The notes: generated by a model not told the origin, from the sequence alone. A stretch of DNA of 64,000 bases from Tetramitus jugosus (GCA_937625935.1 OW569369.1:1-64000), one strand, 5' to 3'; shown: positions 33,401 through 45,339, counted from the stretch's first letter. A program made the numbers and translations.

Positions 33401-35221
33401 GGCAGTCAGAACAGAGAACACTGATGCAATACGTGCTTTGATAATCACATTGAATATTAACCAAGCAAGCGGCATACCAACTGGTAGAAGCAAAAGGGTG
33501 ACATAGATTGGTTGCATGAGCAGTAACAATACCCAATCGTTGTTTCCGAACCGAGCAGCAACCCGAACAACATTGAAAAGCATCACAATCAGAAAACTTA
33601 TGAGTGCCAATACAGAGAAAACCCGCGAATAGTAGTCCATCTTTGCGTACAGTGGTACCTTATTCTGTGTGCTCTGCAAATTCGGAAGATAACTTCGCAA
33701 CAGTGTACACATTGGGGTCTCTTCAATAATAAAAAAACAGGGCCTATTTGTGCTTCGGTACTTGATTGTGTTCACTTCAAAATCATTCTTCGGTAATGGA
33801 CTATACACATAATCACCTGATACCAACAAAATATGTGGAAGTTTTATCCACTTGTCATCTCGATAAACAAAAACGATCCGATATGGAATTAAATTAATTC
33901 CCTCAAAAATATCACCATTCTTCCGTTTAATCGTAAACTCAAATCCGTTCTTCAGCATTTGTTGAAACCGTCGCTGTAACAACCGAACATAAACTTTCTT
34001 CTTACGAACATATCTCTCCATATTGACACCACATACGATCACGATTGCAATAAACACGAGAACACACTCAACCAAAATACGAATGGCCTCCAATGGATCC
34101 ACTCTCCGATATGGTATATGACACCACTTTAAAACACATGCAGTAATCAAGCAAAGCAAACTAATCACCAACAACAAAATATTCAATCCACCACTCAACG
34201 GCTTTGATATAAAATTATGGAACAATGTTTGTAAAAACAGGCTCAAAAACGATCCAATTCCTGTCTCCAAATATTCAATCGTTAACTGAATATCCTTAAT
34301 AAATTGCTCCTTGGCCATTGGCGTCGATAACCCCAATAACTGTTGTTGTTGTTGCTGTTCTTTTTCATTGTTCGCCTGTTGTTGATCAGAAATCATTGAA
34401 CCATACGACAAGTGCACATTGTGTTTCATTGCGTCTCCGTCCATGATATATGTCAATGCGTTGTTTTTCACTTCTCCCTCATTCACCTCATTTGCTTTCT
34501 CATTTTGCTCGGCACTCATCACAGCATCCATCTCATGGTTATATCCCAAATTTTCATCTTCTCCATTCACATGATCATTCTTGGAATCATTATCCACTTT
34601 TTTATTTTCTCGTTGTTGTTGCTGTTGCTGTTGCTGTTGTTGATTCAATTTTCTGTCTGTCGATAATAATGGATTATTTGACTTGACTGATGTTTTCAAT
34701 GCAGCAAACGAGTCTTCAATGTACTTGTCCGATCGAGTGACCGGTGTGTACACAACAGATGATAATGATGATGAAACTCGAGTCATACGTGAATTTTTAC
34801 CACCATGATGATGATGATGATGATGATTGGTTGATTCTTCCAAATCTCTACTTGTTTCATGCGTCATCATTGGTGTCACTACTCCTTCATCATCATGTTG
34901 ATTTTCATGAATCATCATTGGCGATGAAATATAAGAAGAAGGCGTATGATATTGTTGTTGTTGTTGTTGTTGATCGGAGGGTGGTGGTGGTAGTTGAAGA
35001 TTGTGAGTAATGAGTGATAGTTCAATAGATCGAGAAGTAATGGCGTCATCTTCTGTTGCATCATCTTGGTTGATGATGCTTGTCGTTGTTGGAGTATGAT
35101 TGTTATTATTGTTATTGTAATGGTGATGATGATAACTGTGATGTGCAGCTAGATCATCAACGGATGAAGAAACATCAGTGTTGGTGATGAGTATAGGTGG
35201 AGTGGGTGTTGGACTTGACAT
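30404..35221 (-). CDS. TMEM94: TMEM94-like (P-type ATPase-related) membrane protein
   Basis: LGMETDWNSCISL, ARLPHGIAGIREHI..TDNVPLLVSLFSDAT, C-terminal KLQFGTKLGMYSP; start uncertain. Confidence 0.85.
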   Translation of the reverse strand: MSSPTPTPPILITNTDVSSSVDDLAAHHSYHHHHYNNNNNNHTPTTTSIINQDDATEDDAITSRSIELSLITHNLQLPPPPSDQQQQQQQYHTPSSYISSPMMIHENQHDDEGVVTPMMTHETSRDLEESTNHHHHHHHGGKNSRMTRVSSSLSSVVYTPVTRSDKYIEDSFAALKTSVKSNNPLLSTDRKLNQQQQQQQQQQRENKKVDNDSKNDHVNGEDENLGYNHEMDAVMSAEQNEKANEVNEGEVKNNALTYIMDGDAMKHNVHLSYGSMISDQQQANNEKEQQQQQQLLGLSTPMAKEQFIKDIQLTIEYLETGIGSFLSLFLQTLFHNFISKPLSGGLNILLLVISLLCLITACVLKWCHIPYRRVDPLEAIRILVECVLVFIAIVIVCGVNMERYVRKKKVYVRLLQRRFQQMLKNGFEFTIKRKNGDIFEGINLIPYRIVFVYRDDKWIKLPHILLVSGDYVYSPLPKNDFEVNTIKYRSTNRPCFFIIEETPMCTLLRSYLPNLQSTQNKVPLYAKMDYYSRVFSVLALISFLIVMLFNVVRVAARFGNNDWVLLLLMQPIYVTLLLLPVGMPLAWLIFNVIIKARIASVFSVLTASSSGLTRREQYSCMEPDKKHKPVPIPISSFMKNFFRILLHKALSYDSVLALGSVTALCFVNKNGVLADLLYAPEKLLLITTGNNAEVNDDSEAVRPGIDDYGVENTMPETVYLDGGMVDDYQDGYNNDNYGQYDVDGGQDGFIQDNYERNPDDTNYESEVIYDGAVEQNDEQIVTHSEFYEEHQHVNQEDALDTDFGFQPQENLEYENQHGNEEALEQYEQDFNPEQGMIDQGEIGQNFDHEMENEGAYLLDPNDPNAEIPQSPTPSDCSRLFGPNYVTLDLMFDRETSDESCVIKFEDTDWRRHLDLLKPLGLNFLITGRSKLPDFDQVEGMIDAKSHLWQKYVYLLGKEIGFSDDVLESFSFRKRIHTQRGKREMSSVIVEYEGSGMQIQSFGHPDLLVDYCSDFWDGSDIRPITQGVKNHIQHTFTQWSKRRDLYVLAIAYKPIDNKYSTLIVQHQSEDVINIRDADANFDANLDDNVNAATDIDNDGVKTDSNIDSVRQDNKTPAQKFNAMQCGQIFLGMAAFRQQPKANLPDFIRDLENDSGIRFIFFSTHNSQKTKAFGAKLGMETDWNSCISLAENEVDLDESDLRARLPHGIAGIREHIKMTDNVPLLVSLFSDATPESTSQMVSILQENHEVVCCVGSSIAVDNIPVLTQSNVCISVDPSSEQHMSSMNNIYDANGQQEENDFQEDYSSLFSFPSAFQIKSNPQNEQLTATFPILFHLIKEGRRNIANLKQALLFLMCSNLCLLTIQVLSQMVFLPSTIFTGVQCLWMMFVILPLFSLALMGNPIEPKIMDTISSKNILNKGKSFRLFLHNYLRFLLPIPIAFVVYVWTLFSMRPAVGVNWKIFGTGVRQSTGLYRTHEFLAAVTYAQNITLFVVVFYLIFISICFLHRVYSIFTVRLYRNILWMVVMPLILILQFIFSFVACISVQHHLSPVKFPHYPFYAYLIVLLPPPIVVLIDELAKIRMRKKYFTQQKRLKLQFGTKLGMYSPR

Positions 35222-35447
35222 TCCACCATGCACATGTATTGATTGAGTTGTGTGATTGATGTTGGTTGCAAGTTGTTGGAAATGTCCAGTTGAAGCCGCT
35301 ACGGCGCAGAGAGTGTGAAAATGGTCTGTTGCACGTGTTGTTTTGCCCGACAACAACTTCAATTAATCACTTCAATGTTTTTGTTGAACAAGCAAATTTT
35401 TTCATTCGCCAAAAAACGACAACAAACAACAATCAATTCGAGAGAAA

Positions 35448-36200
35448 ATGCTTACATCCAAGAAGAGACAAGTCCTCACAAAACTAACAACTCAAGAATT
35501 AGACTCTGACCAAAAGGTTTATGTCATTCTTGAGAATTGTGCACTAGAACACGCAAAAGTCGGTCCGGAATACAAGTTGTTAAACTCCGACGATCACCGA
35601 AGTTTTATTTCGCGACATGGCGCCAATCCGGACAACTACCGTCCTGATATTGTTCACCAGTGTTTGCTCACACTCATGGATAGCGCATTGAACAAGGCAG
35701 GAAGATTGCAAGTTTATATTCACACACAAAAGAATGTGTGCATTGAGATTAATCCTCAGTGTAGAATTCCTAGAACGTATCGTCGTTTTGCTGGTCTAAT
35801 GGTTCAATTGTTGCACAAGTTTAAGATTGTGGCTGCTACTGGAGATGAACAAGAGAATAAGACTGACTCTGCAAAGAATAGAGTTTTGATGAAGATTGTG
35901 AAGAATCCAATTCAGAGTCATTTGCCATTGAACAGCGTCAAGATTGCACTGGAAGAAACAGAAGATGAAAACAACTTGATCCGAGTGGAGAATTTGATTT
36001 ATCAAAAGATGGATAAGAAGTCTGAGAAGAGCACGAGCACAAAGAGTATTGTGTTTGTTGTTGGTGGTTTTGCCCATGGTGAACTCAAGAATCTAGAGTA
36101 CGTGGATGAGTATGTCAGTATCAGTCAATATAGTTTATCTGCCAGTGTGGTCTGCAGTAAGCTATGCAATGCTATGGAAGACTACTTTGACATTTTCTAA
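35448..36200 (+). CDS. EMG1: 18S rRNA pseudouridine N1-methyltransferase EMG1/NEP1
   Basis: LLNSDDH, RPDIVHQCLLTLMDS.LNKAG, RIPRTYRRFAGLMVQLLHK, VGGFAHG, YSLSAS. Confidence 0.96.
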   Translation: MLTSKKRQVLTKLTTQELDSDQKVYVILENCALEHAKVGPEYKLLNSDDHRSFISRHGANPDNYRPDIVHQCLLTLMDSALNKAGRLQVYIHTQKNVCIEINPQCRIPRTYRRFAGLMVQLLHKFKIVAATGDEQENKTDSAKNRVLMKIVKNPIQSHLPLNSVKIALEETEDENNLIRVENLIYQKMDKKSEKSTSTKSIVFVVGGFAHGELKNLEYVDEYVSISQYSLSASVVCSKLCNAMEDYFDIF

Positions 36201-36930
36201 TTTTTATGAAACAAAATAGATCCATTATTTCTTTTAACAACAATGACGCATGCATACATTTCCCATCTGATTATCTCCACAGGAATGCAGATATTATTCT
36301 CCACTGCCATCAGAATATCTTACAAATTTTCTGTCCCTTATCCGGCAACTGATCAGTCAGGTATAAAATGCTCTGCTCTTCTTTTACCTTGAGCTTCTCC
36401 AACACCAGACGTACTTTCCCAGATTGTTAACTTCTTATCTCTCAGCCAAAAACAGCATCGAATACTCTCAAAATGAGAGTAGTATACTTGTTGTTCAGCA
36501 AGAATAATGAGCAGTGCCATCATGATTGTTTGCTCCTGCAAATGTTCATTATTTCATCTGTGTCATCCTTCGAGGGTTGCACCCCTTTAGGACACAAACG
36601 ATCTAAGAATCCAAGGAACATTTGATTCAACAGTCTTCGCCCTAAGGAAATTCACTTAAAATTCCACTGTAGTTTGCGCACCTAGAATGACTTTAGACCC
36701 CGAACAATTCTCCCCCAACGAACAACCGTCTCGGCAAAAAAAATAGTGCCGTCTGGACGGAAACACCGGACTCTGAAAGAGTGCGAGAAAACCCCGTGTG
36801 GTGGATAAAAAGTGCTGAATACTTTTCGAGCAAGCATCAAGTTACCAAAACACAACAACAACAAAACTGAACCAAACAAACAACAAGAGTCAACACTCCT
36901 CATCCCCAACAACACACTATATCTAACAAC

Positions 36931-37533
36931 ATGAACAAATCACTATTGAGTGTTCTCTTCGTTTCCGTGATCGTCCTGATCATGTCTCTCTCAACGACAG
37001 CACAATGGCTTCAACCTGACCAATATCTCACTACTGTTCACGGTTGTGATAACTCCACATTGGCACCACAACAATTCTGTGAGACTATTCATAGATGGCC
37101 AAGAGCTTTGAATGCGATTGAAGGAATGAACACTACTGAAGCAGTGTTGGAAGCAGTTGCCATGAGTTTCCTCTCATCCATCAAGGTTAAGAACCCAGAT
37201 GCTGTTGCCAACGGCACTACACCAAAGTATGATATTCCAAGTGGTGACTGCGCTGGTGCGATTAGCAATGTTTTGTGCGCCAAATTTTTCATGAGATGCG
37301 ATGCCGAGACTGGAGAACCAATGTTGCCATGTAAGAAGCGTTGCCAACAAGTCAGAAAGAACTGTAAGGGTGAACCATTGAGTGCCTATGGTAAGGCATT
37401 CTACGACAGTTTGGACTGTAACGATAAGACCAAGTTCTCCTCAAGTCATTGCACAAGTGCTGCCTCAAGATTCCAAGTCTTCACTGGTGCTGTTGTTGCT
37501 ACACTGTTAGCCACTGTTTTCCTCATGTTCTAA
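36931..37533 (+). CDS. Secreted, probably GPI-anchored Frizzled-CRD-like cysteine-rich protein
   Basis: Signal peptide; C...LCAKFFMRC...LPCKKRCQQVRKNC pattern; small residues (SAAS) then a hydrophobic C-terminal tail. Confidence 0.65.
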   Translation: MNKSLLSVLFVSVIVLIMSLSTTAQWLQPDQYLTTVHGCDNSTLAPQQFCETIHRWPRALNAIEGMNTTEAVLEAVAMSFLSSIKVKNPDAVANGTTPKYDIPSGDCAGAISNVLCAKFFMRCDAETGEPMLPCKKRCQQVRKNCKGEPLSAYGKAFYDSLDCNDKTKFSSSHCTSAASRFQVFTGAVVATLLATVFLMF

Positions 37534-37831
37534 ATGAGCAACAACATGTGTACAGGACTCCTCAACCAACAAACAATAAATATGATCGAATAACTTATTC
37601 CTCGGACTTGTCGTGTGAACACAATTTGAAGACAACTTGAAGCTGTCAAAATTCCCGGACATCACAGGACATCATTTTCTGTTGAATACCCGAACAAATT
37701 TCTTCAAAAGGAGCTCCAAGTGACAATACAATAGTCAACCACAAGTTCTCCGTTACAGCCATTTACAAAAAAAAATCATTGCGATTACATTGAATCCATA
37801 TATAATATATTTATAATTTTATCCCTGAATG

Positions 37832-38494
37832 TTATGCTCTTCCATGATTCTCAGTCTTTCTTCTCTCAAGCGAAGTGCCTCTTCTCTTTGTGCATCAGTC
37901 AAGCGCACATTAGTCATTGGATGAAGAGAATTTGCTGGAGCTTGCAAATAATATCTATAAAGAGTGTACATGGAGACTGCCCAACCCAAAAAGTACAAAC
38001 TCCATTGAAGAGCTTGACTACGAGATATCCATGGAGTATCATCAAAGTATGTGTATTCTCTTTGAACACCATCGTCCCACCAGAGATCATATGACTCATC
38101 AAACTAAGAATTTACCATCAGTACATACATGGTTTCAAATAAAAAAAAAAGCGAGGTTAGCATCAATTGATGATTAGTTGTGAGCAAAAAAACGCATTTT
38201 GCTTTTTTTCTGTTGTTGCGAAAAATATCATTGCAAACATAAATGAACACATACACCAGACTTGTTTTCGTTGATTAATGGTCCACTATATGGTGATTCG
38301 TATTCTGGTTGCCTTCTTGTTGGATCCAAAGTCGTTCTCTTGAGCTCTCCTGGGAGCTTGGTTTCAGGTTCAGCGGTGTAGCTTGCCTTTGCAGGCAATG
38401 ATTTTAGGAGAGAAAGAGGAGAAGTTGTTCTCTTTATCATGGTCGATGACAACAATGCCCTCTTGACCATCATGTTGGTAGATCGATTCATCAT
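37832..38494 (-). CDS. Mitochondrial complex I subunit NDUFB8-like (two exons, intron 38104-38254)
   Basis: Arg/Ser-rich presequence; phase-0 GT-AG intron joins ENKSG to FDESYDLWWDDG...ISRSQALQW + TM, resembling plant/protist NDUFB8; not called whole by the ORF track. Confidence 0.6.
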
Positions 38495-38864
38495 CCTTGT
38501 TCGTTGCTCAATTTTTTGTGTGGGTGGCGAAATGCGCATTGTAAACGGAGAAAATATAAGTCCGTTATTATCCGACTGCTGTGAAGAAGACCCATAAGGC
38601 CAAAACACGAAGATGAACGAAGACAACATTGGAATTCGCTTCAAGTTCTTGTGCACTCATAAAGGTGTGAATGCCTCTTTTGAAGATCATTGGATGTGTC
38701 TAACCGATTGTAAAGTGCTCGAGAAGTTAAGTGCTCAAAGTTCCTCTTCTTCGCCACAAAAAAGCTCAAAAAAACAAATCAGAGAAGCATCGAAAATCAG
38801 ATTGAAAATTGCGACGACTATTGCTCCTGGAGATTGATTTTTTGACGTATCGACACACTCCACA

Positions 38865-39952
38865 ATGACAACACCATCCTCCCACCATCACTCTCATCAC
38901 TCTCATCACCACCACCACCATCACTCTAGTTCCCCTCAAGCACCTAGTATCGACAATGCACGAGCCAAGAGTGAAATGATTGAATATATTGTAAATAAGC
39001 GAGTCAAAAATTTGGATTATCTGAAACGAGTGCACGAAGGACATGTACTCTGGCTCAATATTGTAAAAATTCAAACATCTGACATTGAACGGTTCTATCA
39101 ACCACAGACACTACAAAAACGAGTTCAACAATGGTTCCATCTAGGCATGAGTATTGCACCATTGTTGAACAGTGAACATGGTTGGTGTTTTTTGAGAGCT
39201 TGTTCACAGCTAATGGAAGAGTATGAGTATCATTTTGCGAATGCAGCTGTTCAAGGAATGGTACGTACAAGTGATCTATACATATTGATCTATATATTGA
39301 TATGTATTGAGATATGCATTGATTGATTCGTTGATGGGTGATTTGAAAAAAATTTTATTGACCCATTCTTTTGTGTGTGTTTTCATTGTCTTATTATTAT
39401 TATTGGGTTTGGATCGTGTTTTCTAATGGATGATGAAATGATGAATGATGATTCTACATCTGTAAACAGAAAATATTGAAATCGATCAAATTTACGAGCT
39501 CTGATGAAGAAATGAGCAAACATGCGATCAAGCCATCGATTAACAAGGTTAGTGGCAACGTTGCGTACGAATTCTTGAAACTACCCAATATTCCTTGTAT
39601 TTTAGACTATACGCAGGTTGTTTATTCCCTGTGTGATATCCTGACGTTGGTTTATCAGAAAATGATGGATGATTCTTCAATGCAGTTCTGTGAAGCTGTT
39701 TTGAAGCTCGATTCACGATTCAAGCATCACTTTTTCGGCCTCATTAGCAGAGATTTAAACACGTTGGCTACTTATGTTGCCAAGAGTCGATTATCACTTG
39801 TTGAAGCTCTGTTCACAAGTTCCTATCCTCAAAAGCTGAATGAAGATGTTGTTCCCTATCTGGTGGCTCCATCCACGCCAAGCAAGAAACTGCATCTGTC
39901 AACAGAATTGGATGATGAAGTAGATGAGTGGGCAGAAGCATTCCCAGAGTGA
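38865..39952 (+). CDS. Conserved uncharacterised protein (two exons; intron from ~39261 to ~39469)
   Basis: KRVKNLDYLKRVHEG..LWLN exon ending at GTACGT; second exon YEFLKLPNIP..LDY.QV..SLCD.L...YQKM. Confidence 0.7.
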
Positions 39953-40137
39953 CCATTGTCGATTCAATTCATCATCCATTCGATTGTATAAAAAACCAAA
40001 CAACAACAATTTTAAGTAAAAAACAAACTCGAATCATTCTGTCACAACCAACTGACGGTTTCTTCGTAAGAATCACCGACAAAACAACGGAGAAACGTAC
40101 AAAAAAAACCAACAACAAAACAACAATAACATTAAAA

Positions 40138-41037
40138 ATGACAGTTGCTATCATCAACAACAACACCAATGGTGATTCACAACCAACAATGATACTGAGA
40201 CGTAACCGTCCAGGAACCAAACGAAAAGACTTGTATAATTGGATCCATCAACAATCCAATGATTCTCAACACAGTATCAACAACAACAACAATGACATGA
40301 ATAACAATACGAATAGTGGTTTTGATAGTGTTGATAGCAGTAGTAGTAGTTCATCACGTACATCCTCCTCTCAAAGTCTCAATGATGATACATCGTCCAA
40401 TTTTGCCGTTCAAGAAATGATACAAACACAAATTCGATTGAATCCGTCCAAAGTCAAGAAAATTTTGGAACTTTCTCAAAACACCACCCTTCTCAACAAT
40501 AACAACAACAATGATGTCAATAATAATAATAATCATAGTGGTAATAATAATAGCTTGAATATTGATGAACAAGCATGGATCTATGAACACATGAGACAAT
40601 TCTTGTTGGAGCTCAATGGATTCATTCTGGCACATAAACAAGTGTGTACACATGAGACACAACCAGAGATGAAAATTACAGGTGCAAAATCAGGTGAAGA
40701 TTTGGTGTTTTTGTGCTCTGCGTTCACTCCACCACAACAAGTCAGTGCAATTGATTACATGGTGCACACTGTGCTGCAGTCGAGTCAAATTTTGAATAAT
40801 TTGAAATTGTTTCCCAATCGAATTTCGATATCGGAAAAGGGCATGAAGGAAATTAAGACGATGACGCGAAGAATTTATCGAATTTTTGCCTTTTCGTACT
40901 TTGTGCATCCAGAACAATTTTTCAAGTATGAATCCAAGACTCACTTGTGTGAACGATACACAAAGTTTTTGAAAATGTTTTCACTGATGCAAAAGAAGCA
41001 ATTTTTGATTCCTGATCAGGCTTTCAAAAAAAAGTAA
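40138..41037 (+). CDS. MOB4: MOB4/phocein
   Basis: LRRNRPGTK, WIYEHMRQFLLELN, FLCSA...AIDYM.HT, RRIYRIF, THLCERY. Confidence 0.9.
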   Translation: MTVAIINNNTNGDSQPTMILRRNRPGTKRKDLYNWIHQQSNDSQHSINNNNNDMNNNTNSGFDSVDSSSSSSSRTSSSQSLNDDTSSNFAVQEMIQTQIRLNPSKVKKILELSQNTTLLNNNNNNDVNNNNNHSGNNNSLNIDEQAWIYEHMRQFLLELNGFILAHKQVCTHETQPEMKITGAKSGEDLVFLCSAFTPPQQVSAIDYMVHTVLQSSQILNNLKLFPNRISISEKGMKEIKTMTRRIYRIFAFSYFVHPEQFFKYESKTHLCERYTKFLKMFSLMQKKQFLIPDQAFKKK

Positions 41038-41243
41038 CAAGATTTCATGCCATGTTTTGTTGCTTGTCCTTTTTGTACACTAAGAATAAATACAGTCAAG
41101 TCTTGACCTAGCTGTCATTCATCACATGTATTTTCACTTTTGAGCTAATAAAGTTCATTTGCTTGGAAGCTCCAATGGTAGAACCGAAACACAAAAAACG
41201 GGAGTGTGCGGTCAAAAGTCAGTATCAAGTAAAGCCATCATAT

Positions 41244-41316
41244 GGCTCCTTAGCACAGGTGGCAGTGCGCTGTCCTAGTAAGACAGAGGTCACGAGTTCG
41301 AGTCTCGTAGGAGCCT
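41244..41316 (+). tRNA. tRNA-Thr (AGT)
   Basis: Cloverleaf ggctcct/aggagcc, anticodon stem ctgtc-ctAGTaa-gacag, T-loop gttcgag, followed by a T-run terminator. Confidence 0.96.
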
Positions 41317-42014
41317 TTTTGTCAGCCGCTGTTTTCCCGCGGCTCATTGTCCGTAGATTTCCGAACGCGTGGTTGACGAGTGACATTCCGGGAAATCAGT
41401 TGATTTCATGCGAGCCTACCCAATCAGAAGGACAATTTGTGCTGTTACGCCACCGGTAAGTACAAGCAAGTTAGTACGACAACATACATATTCATCCTCC
41501 ACAGCACCAGCACCAACCAGTTAAACCTTGGTCGTTGTGATATTTCTTGCGAATCGAGAACGAGCAGCAACCCAAACGAACGAGACAAGAAACAAGCCCC
41601 AAAAAAACCAAAAAACCAAAAGCAGCAAACAATTTTTGTAGCCGACGCAGCAAACCCTCAACCACGCGGCTTTCTTCAAAAATCAAAAAAGCGCACACAC
41701 CACTCTGCCAAGCTCCACCAAACAGAACAAAGCCACAATCCAATCCATTCCCCCTACCGTTTTCACCTCAAACATCCAGGTGTCCAACCGCAACACCCAA
41801 ACTACCAACCACCAAACCACCAACCAATAACAACAATAGCAAATCCACTCAACTACCCAAAGCTTTCACTAACCACACAAAAACAACAAAAAAGCTCTCC
41901 CAATTCACAACAACAACATAGAAAAAAAATTATCCCAAAAACAAACAACCATAAAAATTTACCCTACCCCAACAAAACAAACTCAAGAAGCATACTAAGA
42001 ATCAATAAGACAAC

Positions 42015-43761
42015 ATGGATGACCAGAGCTACTGCAGTGAAATTGACACAGATGACGATATGATGAACGATGATAGTGGTGACATGGATGACGAAAATCA
42101 AATGAGCAACAGTCATCACTCCATGAGCTCACTCAACAATCACCCTAATCCTTCTCATCATCATCATCACAACAACAACAATAACAACAACATCATCATA
42201 GAAGAACAACAACAACAAAAACTCATATCATCATCAGTCACATCAACAGAGAGAGCTGAAGTCATTGAAGATGAAGAAGAACAACAACTCATTGAAGAAG
42301 AAGAAGGAGAGGCAGTAGAATATGATGAAGAAGCTCTCTATGCCTATGACATGGACAAGACGACTGAATTAGATACAGTGTATCTCACACATGACATTTC
42401 TGGTGATGTGTTTCGTCTACCCAAGCGATATCAAGTCGAGTATGTTATTATTATTTGATGTTGATGCAAAAAAAAGTGTTTTTTTTTTGATCATTTTTTT
42501 GTTTATATGGTTGTTGATGATGATGATGATTGACACACAATAAACATAAACACAACAATAGAGGTATATTGGGTAGAGGATCCTATGGTGTCGTTGCACG
42601 GTGTCACGACTCAAAATTGGATCGCAAGGTTGCGATAAAGAGAATTCGACCATCGGATCATGACAATGATTTTACAAAGATTGTACTGAGAGAGGTTCGA
42701 GTGTTGAAACACTTGGGTTATCATACAAACATTGTTGATTTGTATGATTTGATTGTACCACTAGATAATAATAATAACAACAACAACAACAACAATAGTA
42801 GTAATAACAATAGTAATGGAGGAACAGAGATTGGATCACCATCATCATCATCATCATCGTGGAAAGTACAAGAAATTTATGTGGTGATGGAGTACATGAG
42901 ATGTAGTTTGTTTACGTTGTTGCAGACACCGAGTGTGGACATTACGGAGGATCATGTCCGATATTTTATGTATAATTTATTGAAGGGACTAAAGTATATT
43001 CATAGCGCTGGTATTGTGCATAGAGATATCAAGGTATGTGTTTGTGTTTGAGAATGATGAGTGACTACTTGTTGTTCTTGTTATTTTTTTTATTGTTTGT
43101 TGCTGGAATTGTGTAACAAGGCTAATGTGCATATAATTTTGTTTAGCCTTCCAACATTTTGTTAAATCATGAAATGGAGGTCAAGTACTGTGATTTTGGG
43201 TTGGCTGTGGGATGTCAACAAGCAGAACCCATGCGTACCCTGTATGTCGTGACTCGGTACTATAGAGCACCAGAATTGTGTGCTCAGTATGTTCATTCTT
43301 CGTTCCCTGTGGATGTTTGGGCACTTGGTTGTATTTTGGCAGAGTTGTTGGGCAGAAGAATTCTGTTCACTGGAGACAGTTACATTACTCAACTCCAACA
43401 CATTTTCTATATTTTGGGATTTCCATCAGACTTGAATGATTTGAAGGGATCACAGTCGTTTGTACAGTATTCGGTAAAGCATTGGGGCGGCTACAAGGGC
43501 AAGCCTATGAGAGAGCTGTTCCCGAGGGCGAGTGAAGAAATTTTGGACTTGCTCAAAGATATGTTACATATTAATCCTGATAAGCGGTTAACAGTGGATC
43601 AGGCAATCGAGCACCCATGCTTCAAAATGTTACGAGAGATGGAAGATGAAACGATATGTGATTCACGATTTATTTTCAAGCTGCCTGATAATACGAGTCA
43701 ATCGGCCATACATGGAATGCTCAAACAAGAAGTGATAGATTATTATTACCACAAGAAATAA
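42015..43761 (+). CDS. MAP kinase-like Ser/Thr kinase (introns 42440-42561, 43034-43146)
   Basis: GRGSYGVV, VAIK, LREVRVL, HRDIK|PSN, DFG, TLYVVTRYYRAPE. Confidence 0.9.
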
Positions 43762-43807
43762 ATGATTGTTCACACAATATCTGAGTTGATATTCTCTCGA
43801 TTTACTT

Positions 43808-45265
43808 CTATGCGAACACTTGACTACGAACCTTCAGAAAGCCGAGCCATCGCATAGTGAAGAAGGAAGCAATGGTGTACTGCAAGGGTGTGAAAGGTAT
43901 CAAGCAGAGCCGCACAAAGGCATTCCTTAAGAATAAGTACTTTGGTTTTCTTCCAAGCATCATATTCATCTCTGCTCTGTGCACGACGGCTTGAGCTCTC
44001 TCCATTTGCTTCTTGTTGTATTGTTGGATCACAGTTCGAACACAAGTGGTTTTCTCAGTCAATATGGTGTGGAACGCGGTAGCCAATTCCCAGGCGTCCA
44101 ACCATCCTAAATTCATTCCTTGACCTCCCAATGGACTGCAAATATGAGCTGAATCTCCTGCCAACACAAACCTGCAGTGTTCATGGTCGTAGAACTGGTT
44201 CACTACGTATCCTTGGACTCCAAATGAGCTTATCATGGTATTCTCCTGTTGGGTGATATCATAGTGTGTTCTTTCTTGTACCAAGTCGCTCACCATTTGA
44301 ACAGATGGTTGTTTTACATAGTTGTCTGTTGAACAAACCCATCTTCTCATTCCTCCAGGCAATGGAAAACATTCAACTAGTCCTGTATCTGACAGGAATA
44401 TAGCTGCCTTCTTACCAAAGTGCGTATTGTCCTTGAAATCACCCATGAGGAATGTGTCACAATAGGGACTTCCCGTGTAAGAGACATTGGAACACTTTGA
44501 TCTCACGACACTCTTCTTTCCGTCACAACCAACAACGAAATGAGACGTCAATCGATGAACCACTTTACTTGGATCACTTTCTCTCTCAAAGGTCACATTG
44601 ACAAGGTTGGATTCTGAGTCGAAGACAACATCCTTCACGGAAACACCAGTATAAAACAAATCGTGGTTCGTTCCGTTTCTCTCATTGTACAACTTGACTT
44701 GATTTAATAGTGTATCCCTGAGCAAAGCTTCGGACAAGTGCTGCGGACAACTGAGAACAAAATTGAATGGTCCCTTGCACAAATCCAACCGTAAAGATCC
44801 AATCACGCGCTCAAAATGATTCCGTAGCGCAACGCCCTCGCGCACAACAACACTCACATCGCATAGCTTTTGCACCAACTCAGAATCAAGTTGATCAAAC
44901 AGCTCTAACGAAGGTGGGTGAATTCCAATGGCCTTTGAGTGCAAAGCAGAGCGATCACCACTGCTCACAACACCATGACTCTGATCAGAAACAATGTCCT
45001 TGTTACTGGGCAAGATGTCTACTCTCTGTTCAAGCACAATGGCATGAATGTTGAGTTGGAGAAGTCGACTCGCAAGTAGTAGACCAACAGGACCGCCTCC
45101 TACAATGACCACTTGACAAGAAACGGCACTGTCATGGTCAATGACATCACTCTTCTTTGTTGTCGAAGATTTTTGTAGTTTTCTTTTGAGTGATGTCACG
45201 AATAAAAAGAGTGAAAGAATGCACGCGATGATTGTGCACACCACAACGAGTGATGCGGGTATCAT
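43808..45265 (-). CDS. FAD-dependent monooxygenase (FAD_binding_3/PheA-TfdB family) with N-terminal membrane anchor
   Basis: GGGPVG, GCDG..S.VR, GDSAH..SPLGGQGMNLG. Confidence 0.9.
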   Translation of the reverse strand: MIPASLVVVCTIIACILSLFLFVTSLKRKLQKSSTTKKSDVIDHDSAVSCQVVIVGGGPVGLLLASRLLQLNIHAIVLEQRVDILPSNKDIVSDQSHGVVSSGDRSALHSKAIGIHPPSLELFDQLDSELVQKLCDVSVVVREGVALRNHFERVIGSLRLDLCKGPFNFVLSCPQHLSEALLRDTLLNQVKLYNERNGTNHDLFYTGVSVKDVVFDSESNLVNVTFERESDPSKVVHRLTSHFVVGCDGKKSVVRSKCSNVSYTGSPYCDTFLMGDFKDNTHFGKKAAIFLSDTGLVECFPLPGGMRRWVCSTDNYVKQPSVQMVSDLVQERTHYDITQQENTMISSFGVQGYVVNQFYDHEHCRFVLAGDSAHICSPLGGQGMNLGWLDAWELATAFHTILTEKTTCVRTVIQQYNKKQMERAQAVVHRAEMNMMLGRKPKYLFLRNAFVRLCLIPFTPLQYTIASFFTMRWLGFLKVRSQVFA

Positions 45266-45339
45266 TTGCCACTAGGAGGGTTGTGTTTGTGTGGTAAAAT
45301 GCAAAAATCTTGTTGTTTTTTTGTTGTTTGATTGGAGGA

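Noticed and set aside
36240-36920. Possible small gene or pseudogene between EMG1 and the CRD protein
   Set aside because: Fragmented frames with no identifiable homology.
41437-42014. 208-aa and 124-aa ORFs upstream of the MAPK
   Set aside because: A/C-rich 5' leader-like sequence with biased composition and no domain; likely spurious.
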